Virus record (IMG/VR): IMGVR_UViG_3300020469_000008
Span: 96,001 to 160,000 of that record
Strand: one strand, 5' to 3'
Source of the DNA: a virus
Taxonomy: Duplodnaviria > Caudoviricetes
Length of the DNA: 64,000 bases
The notes beneath the pieces were generated by a model. The model saw nothing but the letters and a program-made list of their open reading frames with translations. It was not told the DNA's origin and searched no databases. A program made the translations under genes and the position numbers. Shown piece after piece: positions 47,731 to 56,496 of the stretch. The number at the start of each line of letters is the position of its first letter. Within the stretch, counting starts at the first letter, position 1.

Positions 47731-48255
47731 ATGGCAAAATATATAATCGATCAAACGCACAGTGACATTTCATTTAAAGTAAAGTACATGATGATATCTT
47801 CTGTTGAAGGATGTTTTAATAATTATGAGGCATCTTTAATCTCCAGCAAAGAAGATTTGAGTGATGCTGCATTTGAGTGTGAAATAGATGTATCTAGTTT
47901 GTATACGGGAAATGTAGACAGAGATACACACTTAATATCATCAGAATTTTTAAGTTCTGAAAGTTTCCCAGCAGTGATCTTTAAATCTACAAATACAAAA
48001 ATAGTTGATGGTGAGTATATTGTAGACGGATCATTACAAATTAAAGAACACTCTAGGTCAGCAACTTTACGAGGCAAGTACCTAGGTGTTGTTGTGGATT
48101 CTTGTGGTCAAGAAAAATATTGTTTTGAATTAAAAGGATCAATAAAAAGATTTAGTTGGTTTTTAGATTTTGTTATAACTAGCAGTAAAACTGTTTTAGT
48201 TGACAATAACATAGAGTTGAATTTAGATTTACAGTTTTTAAAAGCGGAAGATTAA
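47731..48255 (+). CDS. YceI family lipid/polyisoprenoid-binding protein
   Basis: ID.THS.I.F.VK..MIS.V.G.F, TGN.DRD.HL...F...FP...FKS. Confidence 0.85.
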   Translation: MAKYIIDQTHSDISFKVKYMMISSVEGCFNNYEASLISSKEDLSDAAFECEIDVSSLYTGNVDRDTHLISSEFLSSESFPAVIFKSTNTKIVDGEYIVDGSLQIKEHSRSATLRGKYLGVVVDSCGQEKYCFELKGSIKRFSWFLDFVITSSKTVLVDNNIELNLDLQFLKAED

Positions 48256-49493
48256 TGAGATTAAAAACAAGAACGAAGGTCGCTTTCTTACTTGCAGCCA
48301 TTGCATCACTTGTGTTTATGATATCACAAGTATTTATGTATCTGGATATTATTCATTTCTCATACAATATACCTCTATTCAACATTCTGTTATTTGCAAT
48401 TTACATGCCGTCATCTGCAATTTTTGGTTGGGACATGTACATCAAGTATCGTGATGAGAATCAAATGATTAAAGATAAACTAGCAGCAATTAACAATTCT
48501 AATATTGTTGTAATTTATGATAGTAAAGGAAATATTGTGCGTGCAAATGACAATTTCTGTCGTGTTGTCGGTTATACACAAGAAGAGATTATCGGTTTAC
48601 ATCATATGCTTTTTGTTCCTAATGATTTTGTGAGAAATAAAAAGTACAGAGATTTTTGGAGCAAGCTAAGAACGGGAAAGAGTGTTAAAAGAAAATTTAA
48701 GAGAATCAATAAAATCGGAGAAGTAATTTGGTTATACGGTTCTTATAATCCTATTAAAAGTGGAAGTGGTGCTGTTTATCAAATCATTAATGTGTGTAGC
48801 GATGTAACTGGTGAACACAACGCTCAACTAGAATTAAATAATAAAAACACTTATTTAGAACATGCAGCAAAAATTCTACGTCACGATATGCACAGTGGTA
48901 TTAATACATACATTCCAAGAGGTATTAAAAGCTTAGAACGTAGAATTAAACCAGAGCAAGTAAAAGAAATGAAGATCGAATCTTCACTTCGCCTAATTAA
49001 AGATGGATTAGATCACGCACAACGTGTTTATCGTGGTGTGTATGAATTTACAAATTTAGTAAAGGAAAATGCTGTATTAGAAAAAAATGAGCATGATTTA
49101 GGTGTGATACTAAAAGATTATTTAAAAAAGACAGCATACGCGGATCAAGTAATAATTGAAGATTTACCCACAATGTTAGTGAACGAAGCACTTTTCTGCA
49201 CAGGAATCGATAACTTGATTAGAAATGGTTTGAAATATAATGATTCTAAAACCAAATTCGTAAAAGTCAGAATGCAAGGGGAAAAACACTTGGTAGTAAT
49301 TGATAATGGTCGAGGTATGTCACAGAAAGATTTTGAAAAATTAAGTCAACCATATCAAAGGAAAGAAGGTCAAAAAGAAAAGGGCACTGGACTGGGATTA
49401 AACATTTCTGTCGCCATATTTAAAGAACATGGGTTTCACATGACTGTTGAGAAACTAGACGTAGGTACGATGATCAAGGTAAAGATACGATGA
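48255..49493 (+). CDS. Membrane PAS-domain sensor histidine kinase
   Basis: 2 TM, PAS/PAC, H-box LRHD, N-box DNLIRNG.KYN, G1 DNGRGM, G2 GTGLGL. Confidence 0.9.
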   Translation: MRLKTRTKVAFLLAAIASLVFMISQVFMYLDIIHFSYNIPLFNILLFAIYMPSSAIFGWDMYIKYRDENQMIKDKLAAINNSNIVVIYDSKGNIVRANDNFCRVVGYTQEEIIGLHHMLFVPNDFVRNKKYRDFWSKLRTGKSVKRKFKRINKIGEVIWLYGSYNPIKSGSGAVYQIINVCSDVTGEHNAQLELNNKNTYLEHAAKILRHDMHSGINTYIPRGIKSLERRIKPEQVKEMKIESSLRLIKDGLDHAQRVYRGVYEFTNLVKENAVLEKNEHDLGVILKDYLKKTAYADQVIIEDLPTMLVNEALFCTGIDNLIRNGLKYNDSKTKFVKVRMQGEKHLVVIDNGRGMSQKDFEKLSQPYQRKEGQKEKGTGLGLNISVAIFKEHGFHMTVEKLDVGTMIKVKIR

Positions 49494-49921
49494 TTAATTC
49501 TATTTTATTAGTTGATGATGAAAATTTGTTTCATCTCGTTTTTGAAGATGCATGTAGTTTGTTAGACATAACATTAGATCTACAAAGCATTGCATCCTCT
49601 GATGAAGCAGCTCGATTATTTGAGCAATGGACATCAGATCCTAGGGGAAAGCCTGAATGTGTTTTTGTTGATCTAAACATTATTGGTTCTTCTTTTAACG
49701 GTATCGAATTAATTCAAAAGATTAATTACGAGTACGGAAACGGAGTTGTTGTTGGAATTATAAGCTCATCAGCAGATCAAGAAGAGATTGATCGGAGCTT
49801 GCACGCCGGAGCACAGTTTTGGATTGTCAAATCAGATGACATTGAACCTAGACTAGAATCTTTTAAAGAAGATTACGAAGGATATAAAAATCGTACATCT
49901 CCTTTTAAAGTATATAAGTAA
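49490..49921 (+). CDS. Single-domain response regulator (CheY-like receiver)
   Basis: LLVDDE, FVDLNI (phospho-Asp), ISSS, IVK. Confidence 0.88.
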   Translation: MINSILLVDDENLFHLVFEDACSLLDITLDLQSIASSDEAARLFEQWTSDPRGKPECVFVDLNIIGSSFNGIELIQKINYEYGNGVVVGIISSSADQEEIDRSLHAGAQFWIVKSDDIEPRLESFKEDYEGYKNRTSPFKVYK

Positions 49922-50478
49922 TGATTATTCTTAGTGAAGAAGATAAAAAACAATTAATTGATATTGGTCAATCACGTAATGTTTATCTAGAAGGTAATAT
50001 TATAAAATTAATCGATCCTCAAGCTGACGAATTGTTTAAAAAGTATCTTGTTGACGCTAAAATTCAAGATCGAGAGAACAGAAAAAAGCGTCTCGAAGTT
50101 ACTAAGCAAGTTCAAATACAAAATAGAGAGTTAATTGCTTCACAGGAAGAAAACGAAAAACTTCTTTTAGACTTAAAAGAAGCTGTTAAAAAAGCAGATG
50201 AAGCAAAAGATGCAGCATTAAATGATTTAGACCTGATGCAAAAGAAAACCCAGTTTGAACTAATCGGAAAAATTGTTCAGGTTGCATTGTGGATCATTAT
50301 TGGCGTTGGAGTTTTCACGACAGTTTTGTTTATGTTTTCAATGTATACAGGTATAGACACTACTTTGATTGGTAATACTTGGAGTAACCTGTTTGGAATA
50401 TTACTCACAAATTCTTTTAGTATTATTGGTACAATAATGGGTGTAAAGTATGCTAGTGAAAGTAATAAAGAAAACTAG
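49921..50478 (+). CDS. Coiled-coil protein with two C-terminal TM helices
   Basis: Translationally coupled to the response regulator. Confidence 0.7.
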   Translation: MIILSEEDKKQLIDIGQSRNVYLEGNIIKLIDPQADELFKKYLVDAKIQDRENRKKRLEVTKQVQIQNRELIASQEENEKLLLDLKEAVKKADEAKDAALNDLDLMQKKTQFELIGKIVQVALWIIIGVGVFTTVLFMFSMYTGIDTTLIGNTWSNLFGILLTNSFSIIGTIMGVKYASESNKEN

Positions 50479-50777
50479 TTTTCCCACCACACATTTGCAA
50501 CGTCCCAATCAATCATTTCACTTAGCCAATTAGGAAATGAACCTGTACAATCAAAATCAAACCACTCGCCCTTGCAAGATTGTTTATAGGGCTTCAAAGA
50601 TTTAAGCAGGGATCTTTCTAAATCACCCCTACCATTTACTATGGTGAGCAACTTAAGTTTATATGGAGATCCAGTTTGAAGCTGTCGCAACCTATTTTGG
50701 GGATTTTTACTCATACCAATTTTAATTGCGCCCGTGACGTCAGATTGTATTACATAAAGGTGTTTATTCATATACAT
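50475..50777 (-). CDS. GIY-YIG / T5orf172-like protein
   Basis: LYVIQ....IKIG.S.NP..RL..LQTGSP..L, GEWF. Confidence 0.8.
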   Translation of the reverse strand: MYMNKHLYVIQSDVTGAIKIGMSKNPQNRLRQLQTGSPYKLKLLTIVNGRGDLERSLLKSLKPYKQSCKGEWFDFDCTGSFPNWLSEMIDWDVANVWWEN

Positions 50778-50838
50778 AATTTTATATAGTTATTTACTCT
50801 AATAAACAATAATTATAAAATATGTGCGAGGTACATTG

Positions 50839-51825
50839 ATGGAAATAAGTAGGCTACAACTAAGCAATTTAATTTATGAAGCACTAGAAGGTAAAGAAGG
50901 TGAATGGTCGTACAACATAGTTTCAATAGGTGATTACAGTGACAAAGAAAATTTAAAACCTAAGGACATTAAAGACGTCCAGGTTAGAGTTGCTTCTGGT
51001 CCTAGTAACGTAGGTTATGAGTTTCCTTTGTCGGAAGTTGAAACTAATGAAGGTACAAAAGCATACGAGCAGCACCCGTTAATTTTGCAAGTAATCGAAG
51101 CGATTAAGAATAATGAAAATTTAGATAATGTAATAGTAAAAACTGCGAACCCAATTGTTGATGCATCAGGTGAAGTTTTCTTAACGGGCGAAGGATTTAT
51201 GGCAATTTCTCCTAAAAAACTTAGGGAAGCTCATCCAGCAATATCTAATGATTTGGCAGTTTATGCTTTGAGTAGCTTTAGACAACATCACAAATCAGGT
51301 AAAATTAAAAGCAAACATAAGATGATGATTGTGGATTACACAATTCCAGGTAATAAAGTTAGACTGTGGTGTTTGCAAGTGAAAAACGGAAAAGTTAAAG
51401 CTTCCATCGCAACTCCTGTAGCTCATGGTAAAGGAAACAGAGCAAAAGGAAGCGATTCTGTAACTAAATTTAGTAATTCACCCGGTACCAATGCTGCTTC
51501 TGTAGGGGCTTTTGTTACTACGAAAACTTATTACTCTAAAGCTGGATCACCTGAAAAATATCCAGGCGGTCGTCCATACAAAGGAATATCGTTAAGAATA
51601 GATGGGCTTGACAAGACAAACAACAACGATCTAGCTCGTGGCATCGTAATACACGGTGCATGGTATAGAGAAAAAGGTAAGACAGGCAGGAGTTGGGGTT
51701 GTCTAGCGACTTCAGCTGAAACAAATAAAAAAATTATTGACTTTGCAGGAATTGGTACTTTTGGATATAAATTTGGCGGAAGAACAAACGCTGCAAGCAT
51801 TAATACTAACTGGTTAAGCGTATAG
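50839..51825 (+). CDS. Leader-family protein with YkuD_2 L,D-transpeptidase catalytic domain
   Basis: MEISRLQLSNLIYE leader; VAHG.G, FSN.PGTNA.S.G, L.GL...N.N...RGIV.HG, GRSWGC. Confidence 0.85.
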   Translation: MEISRLQLSNLIYEALEGKEGEWSYNIVSIGDYSDKENLKPKDIKDVQVRVASGPSNVGYEFPLSEVETNEGTKAYEQHPLILQVIEAIKNNENLDNVIVKTANPIVDASGEVFLTGEGFMAISPKKLREAHPAISNDLAVYALSSFRQHHKSGKIKSKHKMMIVDYTIPGNKVRLWCLQVKNGKVKASIATPVAHGKGNRAKGSDSVTKFSNSPGTNAASVGAFVTTKTYYSKAGSPEKYPGGRPYKGISLRIDGLDKTNNNDLARGIVIHGAWYREKGKTGRSWGCLATSAETNKKIIDFAGIGTFGYKFGGRTNAASINTNWLSV

Positions 51826-51833
51826 GTCATCAT

Positions 51834-52403
51834 ATGAGATTAACAAGAAAGAATTTAAGAAAATTAATTTTGCGTGAATTTAAGTTGACCGGTCAAGCGT
51901 TTGATGATTTAATCGGTAACACAGGCAGCGGTGAACCTCCTCCAACTAAACCACCTAAAAGAGGCGGTGGCTCCGGAGAAGGTTGGCCGACTTCGGTTGT
52001 TGAGAGGTTGATCAATGCTGAGTATGGTAGTTTAAGCAAGTGGACACAGGATCCTCGAAATAGTCGTGCTGCTGTTTATGATAATTCACAAATCAAACTT
52101 TATGCTAAAGCTGTTGATTCTCAAAATTCACTTGTTTGTACTTTAGTCAGAGGAAACAAAGTTTTAGATCGATATGTGTTTATTAGAAAATCAGGTGGCG
52201 CTAGCGGAATGTTGCCTCGCATGATGGAGATTACAAATAATATATGTGATATGACAGGTAGTGAAGCAGAAAGGAAAGCTAGCGAATATAAAGAGTATAA
52301 CAAGAGTTTGATAGACTTTATGACTCGAAGCGGACCGCCCTACAAGGGTGATGATTGTGCACCGCCCGAGGATGATGGAACTGGTTGGATTAGGAGATAT
52401 TAA
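51834..52403 (+). CDS. MKIT-leader family protein (Gly/Pro-linker subfamily)
   Basis: MRLTRKNLRKLILREF...PPPTKPPKRGGG. Confidence 0.8.
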   Translation: MRLTRKNLRKLILREFKLTGQAFDDLIGNTGSGEPPPTKPPKRGGGSGEGWPTSVVERLINAEYGSLSKWTQDPRNSRAAVYDNSQIKLYAKAVDSQNSLVCTLVRGNKVLDRYVFIRKSGGASGMLPRMMEITNNICDMTGSEAERKASEYKEYNKSLIDFMTRSGPPYKGDDCAPPEDDGTGWIRRY

Positions 52404-53035
52404 TGAAAATAACAAGAAAACAATTGCGTCAACTGATGCTTAGAGAATTTAAATTTACCGGCAATAACTTTGTTGATGACCTAGATTTGTTAGGTGGAGG
52501 ACCTCCTCCTGCAGAGTCTCAAGAACCTAGTGGCGGTGGCGGTGGCGGAAGAATTCATCAACTGGTGCGTATTGATTTTGAACCGGGTAATGAGTTTAAT
52601 CCTAGTTCATATAATAAAGTAGCTATTGATGTTAGCGCCGGTTCGACTTTTTCTAAGATGCGTGAGATTTATAATTTATTTTCTGATAACACAAAGAACA
52701 AGCTTTACCAGATGTTTCCAGGTGGTATCGATCCAGAAGACGGATATGTAGATGCCGATGGAGACTTTATCTTTGATCAAGATAAAATATGGGATTTTCG
52801 AAGCGAGTATTATAATTTGTTAAACACTATGGATGATGCGCTTCCAGAAGGGAGTGATTACGAGTATTTTACTATTTTTCATCCAAGTTACGCTAGTCAT
52901 GGTAGAAATTTTGCTGGTGCTAATGAGTTGGAAGCTATAGACTTATATCGAAGGGTGACGGGTTATACACCTGATGAGGACTTGCTTGGCGAGTATGAGA
53001 TTATTATGCACAGCGCTAGTTCGTTGTTTGGGTGA
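52403..53035 (+). CDS. MKIT-leader family protein (Gly/Pro-linker subfamily)
   Basis: MKITRKQLRQLMLREF...GGGPPP..GGGGGG. Confidence 0.8.
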   Translation: MKITRKQLRQLMLREFKFTGNNFVDDLDLLGGGPPPAESQEPSGGGGGGRIHQLVRIDFEPGNEFNPSSYNKVAIDVSAGSTFSKMREIYNLFSDNTKNKLYQMFPGGIDPEDGYVDADGDFIFDQDKIWDFRSEYYNLLNTMDDALPEGSDYEYFTIFHPSYASHGRNFAGANELEAIDLYRRVTGYTPDEDLLGEYEIIMHSASSLFG

Positions 53036-53040
53036 AATAA

Positions 53041-53589
53041 ATGAAAATTACAAAAAAACAATTAAGACAATTAATAAGCGAAGCCGTTTCTCAAAATCAT
53101 CGACGACAGGAAGCGTTGTATGCTGTAGTATATACGTCTGGTTATCTTGATGCGTCTGATACAGCGATTGGTAATATCCTTAGAAATTACAAGGAGCTTT
53201 CCGGTCGTACTGATAGTTGGGTGCCTCTCGATGAAGCATTCGGCAACTTGAATGCTGTTATGATTGGTGGCGCTTCTGCGATAAAGAGAGAAAACCCGGG
53301 ACTCGATCTTACAGAGGAATTAGTTATTCTTCGAGAGGGCCAGGCTGCTGGCCAGGCAGATTTTCGAGAGAGCCCGTATAAATACATTGAACAAGTAGCT
53401 ACTCTTGTTAACGTGCAAACGCCAGTAGGTATGAGTGCTGCTGAAGGTTTAGGAATCTTTGGGGTTGCAGGAGGAGGTGTTTTACTTAGAGACACTGCCA
53501 TTGGGGACGTACAACTCTTGCTTAATTTAATGAATAATGATAATATTTTAAGTTGGTTAGATGAGTTAGAAAGCATGCAGTCCATCTAA
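53041..53589 (+). CDS. MKIT-leader family protein
   Basis: MKITKKQLRQLISE. Confidence 0.8.
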   Translation: MKITKKQLRQLISEAVSQNHRRQEALYAVVYTSGYLDASDTAIGNILRNYKELSGRTDSWVPLDEAFGNLNAVMIGGASAIKRENPGLDLTEELVILREGQAAGQADFRESPYKYIEQVATLVNVQTPVGMSAAEGLGIFGVAGGGVLLRDTAIGDVQLLLNLMNNDNILSWLDELESMQSI

Positions 53590-53605
53590 TACATGAGGTT
53601 AAAAA

Positions 53606-54373
53606 ATGAAAATAACAAGAAGACAATTAAGAAAACTTATAAACGAAGTCATGGTAGGCTATCCTGATGAGCGTGCACCATTCGATGCAACTGCTGCATT
53701 AAAAAGCGCGAAAAAGAAAATCTCAAAAGAGCCAGCGCTATCAGACATGTTTGATGACGATGACGATTACGACCAAAAAAGACAAGCTTATGCCTTAGGA
53801 TCAATGACTACAGATCTCACAGATGATGAAGAACTTGCTGCAGATATGGCGTCTGATGTCATTAGGGATACTGTTGACCCGGATGAATACGAAACATCCT
53901 ACAATTACAACCCTTTTGATGCGGTTCCTGGTTCTGAAGAGCTAGATCCGGATCAGCGTTTTTTCCATGAGGTAGACGATTATCAACCAATTGAGCAAGC
54001 GCTTCAAGGAACTGTCAAAGACATTATACCTGAATTGCAGATATCGAGGTTTGAAAAAAATAAAAGAGCATCTCAGGACAAGACAACTTATTACACACCG
54101 GATAAAAAATTCCAAATTTTAATGTCATTTCGTCCTGCTTACGAAGACATAGAAGATGGTGTTGATTACAGTACACCACCACAATATACAGTTGAAGTTA
54201 GAAAGTATATGCCTAAAGTCCAAAGATATGAGATGTATTCACCTGGTCCTGGTAGCTTTGACAAGTTTCGTGATGGAACTAAAGCCTTCTTTTCCACTAC
54301 CTCGACGACTGCTAGATTTGTACAGGTGTTAGATCACCTAAGAAGGTATCTTGAGGAGTTAAAATCATTATGA
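53606..54373 (+). CDS. MKIT-leader family protein
   Basis: MKITRRQLRKLINE. Confidence 0.85.
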   Translation: MKITRRQLRKLINEVMVGYPDERAPFDATAALKSAKKKISKEPALSDMFDDDDDYDQKRQAYALGSMTTDLTDDEELAADMASDVIRDTVDPDEYETSYNYNPFDAVPGSEELDPDQRFFHEVDDYQPIEQALQGTVKDIIPELQISRFEKNKRASQDKTTYYTPDKKFQILMSFRPAYEDIEDGVDYSTPPQYTVEVRKYMPKVQRYEMYSPGPGSFDKFRDGTKAFFSTTSTTARFVQVLDHLRRYLEELKSL

Positions 54374-55023
54374 AAATAACAAGAAGACAGTTAAGAAAAC
54401 TCATCAATGAAATGAGAATTGACACTAAAAATCCATTGGACTTTGTACCTGACGGGCCAATGAAGGACAATGTAATGGATCTAATAAACGATCCGGATAA
54501 AGACGTACAGCGCCAGGGGTATGAGCTAGCTTCTTTAATGCAAGAACCAATAGAGCTTGATGCTGGTGGTGGACAAAAGTACGAAGATATTGGCTACGAA
54601 GGCGAAGATTATTTAAAAGACCTCCGCGCGGGACTATTAAATCGTGAGCAAGTGATCAGTATTTTAGATAATCTATTCGACAAAAATAAAGACTTTGAAG
54701 TACTTTCCTTTCGAGAGGGAGCCGCCCCTTCTGGAAAATTTTCGGGTCAGTACAGGGAAGTATTAAGTGATGACTTTAGTAATCGTGCTGAACGCATAAA
54801 CATTAGTGTAGGTAGTCCGGGTAACAAGCCCGATTATGAAACAGGCGAATTTAGATCAGGGAAATCATTAACTTGGATAAATATTGAACAAGGACTTTAT
54901 TATGACTTTGTTGCAGCAATACGTGTTTCAGATCATGACGATGACAGCAAAGGTCACAAATTAAGAGACGTAATTAGCGCATACATGCTTGCAGTCAATA
55001 TCGTGAGTAAGCATTTAAAATGA
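54370..55023 (+). CDS. MKIT-leader family protein
   Basis: MKITRRQLRKLINE. Confidence 0.85.
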   Translation: MKITRRQLRKLINEMRIDTKNPLDFVPDGPMKDNVMDLINDPDKDVQRQGYELASLMQEPIELDAGGGQKYEDIGYEGEDYLKDLRAGLLNREQVISILDNLFDKNKDFEVLSFREGAAPSGKFSGQYREVLSDDFSNRAERINISVGSPGNKPDYETGEFRSGKSLTWINIEQGLYYDFVAAIRVSDHDDDSKGHKLRDVISAYMLAVNIVSKHLK

Positions 55024-55073
55024 AAATAACAAGAATATATAGAAATCCAATGGCAGCAATTCGGAGTTTTTAA
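55020..55073 (+). pseudogene. Internally deleted leader-family gene remnant (MKITRIYRNPMAAIRSF*)
   Basis: 15-nt family header joined to 39 nt that match the 3' end of gene 57477-57956 at 31/39 positions. Confidence 0.75.
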
Positions 55074-55777
55074 TGAAAATAACAAGAAGACAATTAAGAA
55101 AATTAATAAGTGAGGCAATCAAACGTGTTCCTGTATTTGAACCTGTGTCGCGTGAAGAAGTTCGCAGTAAGCTAGCTCAAAAACGCGCACAGAGCCGAAG
55201 TGCTGCAGACATCGATCCAGCTATGTTAAGTAAGATTGGCGAGATGGAAGCCTTGGGAGACGCTGAATCTAACCAGGCGCGGTCCTTTGCGCAAGCACTA
55301 GGGTCGATGGCACCGGCAGAAGACGTCACCGATCAACAAGAAGATGAGTATGCTGATAAGATGCTCACGCAGCATATGGGATATTATCTTGGGCCAGGCG
55401 TGAAAAAAACAGAAACGCGACTTCTAAACAAAATGGCAAAAAGATTAAAAAGCTATAGGAAGGCTGGAAGCCCTATTGAGGTTTGGATCTCTGAAGGAGT
55501 TAACTACCCTAGAACTGCAATAATTCCACGTGAACCTGAAAGAGAAACAGTAGATAGTTTATTAAAAGCTTTAAAAAATCAAGTCTATTATATTCATAGT
55601 TATGGTTATGGCGATGCCCGAGATTACCTTGAACCCTTTTTTGATAATCAAATAGATGAATATGAAGAATTCTTGGACCAATTAAAGATTGGTGGTAGTC
55701 AACCGCCTGATTACTATGTTTTTGCAGCGTTGGTTTATTTTGTTGGTAAAGATAAAATCGTTATTAAAAGTATGTGA
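55073..55777 (+). CDS. MKIT-leader family protein
   Basis: MKITRRQLRKLISE. Confidence 0.85.
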   Translation: MKITRRQLRKLISEAIKRVPVFEPVSREEVRSKLAQKRAQSRSAADIDPAMLSKIGEMEALGDAESNQARSFAQALGSMAPAEDVTDQQEDEYADKMLTQHMGYYLGPGVKKTETRLLNKMAKRLKSYRKAGSPIEVWISEGVNYPRTAIIPREPERETVDSLLKALKNQVYYIHSYGYGDARDYLEPFFDNQIDEYEEFLDQLKIGGSQPPDYYVFAALVYFVGKDKIVIKSM

Positions 55778-55785
55778 AACTAAGA

Positions 55786-55814
55786 ATGAAAATAATAACT
55801 CTTCTCGATATAAT
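55786..55814 (+). promoter_or_regulatory. Sigma70-like promoter of tmRNA
   Basis: ATGAAA-17 bp-TATAAT, 10 nt upstream of the mature 5' end. Confidence 0.55.
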
Positions 55815-55824
55815 ATATAGGTAA

Positions 55825-56161
55825 GGGCCCGTAATGGTTTCGACGGGGTAGAATCAAGGGGAGAGTGCAAGTAGGGAAGATACGCCCTTAACAGTTCAAA
55901 CATAATAGTTGCAAACAATAACAACTTTTACGACGTAGCTTTAGCTGCATAATCGTGGTGGTCGTCTCAAACCATCTAACCAAGAGAGGCTTTAGCAGTT
56001 GGAACTGCCGAGAAATAAAATGACAACAGTCCTCACTCGGTCACGGAGAGGCGAACAATACAGTGACTATCCTGTTAATCGGAGAAATGATTAGATAAGC
56101 TTGTGAATGACTCAAACTAAGACTATTGCGGACAGGGGTTCGACTCCCCTCGGGTCCACCA
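55825..56161 (+). ncRNA. ssrA: tmRNA; tag peptide ANNNNFYDVALAA (55911-55952)
   Basis: Acceptor stem GGGCCCG/CGGGTCC with G3:U wobble, encoded ACCA end, T-arm GGGGTTCGACTCCCC, TTCGAC near 5' end, resume codon GCA, tag ending ALAA. Confidence 0.95.
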
Positions 56162-56175
56162 CTTTAGGATGTATT

Positions 56176-56436
56176 ATGGCAGACAAAAATGATAAATGGG
56201 AAGATAACGTAGGTGGGTTTAGAATAATTAACGGTAAGAAAGTTTCTTTCTATGTTGATCGAGAGTGTATACTTTGTTCAGTGTGTGAAGAGGTTGCACC
56301 TAACAATTTTAAAATGAATGACAATGATGATCATGATATATGTTACAAACAACCAGAAAACGAAGAGGAACTCGAAGAATGTTATGAGGCCTTAGATTCG
56401 TGTCCGGTAGAGGCTATTGGCGATGATGACATTTAA
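56176..56436 (+). CDS. Ferredoxin (single Fe-S cluster type)
   Basis: CILCSVC...AP and CPVEAIG; start trimmed to MADKN. Confidence 0.9.
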   Translation: MADKNDKWEDNVGGFRIINGKKVSFYVDRECILCSVCEEVAPNNFKMNDNDDHDICYKQPENEEELEECYEALDSCPVEAIGDDDI

Positions 56437-56452
56437 TTTTTTCTTCACAGAT

Positions 56453-56496
56453 AACTCCTGCTAAATTTGATATATATTTATAGCAGGAGTTTTTTT
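56453..56496 (+). terminator. Terminator hairpin that also sequesters the downstream AGGAG RBS
   Basis: 11-bp stem AACTCCTGCTA/TAGCAGGAGTT, T7 run, GTG at 56497. Confidence 0.75.

Noticed and set aside
47731-50478. Diversity-generating retroelement or retron near the variable region
   Set aside because: No reverse transcriptase and no template/variable repeat pair with adenine-specific mismatches was seen in the window
55786-55824. Second header remnant MKIITLLDIIYR* before the tmRNA
   Set aside because: Only 9 nt match the header, and ATGAAA is better explained as the -35 box of the tmRNA promoter
56107-56175. N-terminal extension of the ferredoxin ORF
   Set aside because: It overlaps the tmRNA 3' end; the real start is likely ATG 56176 after AGGA
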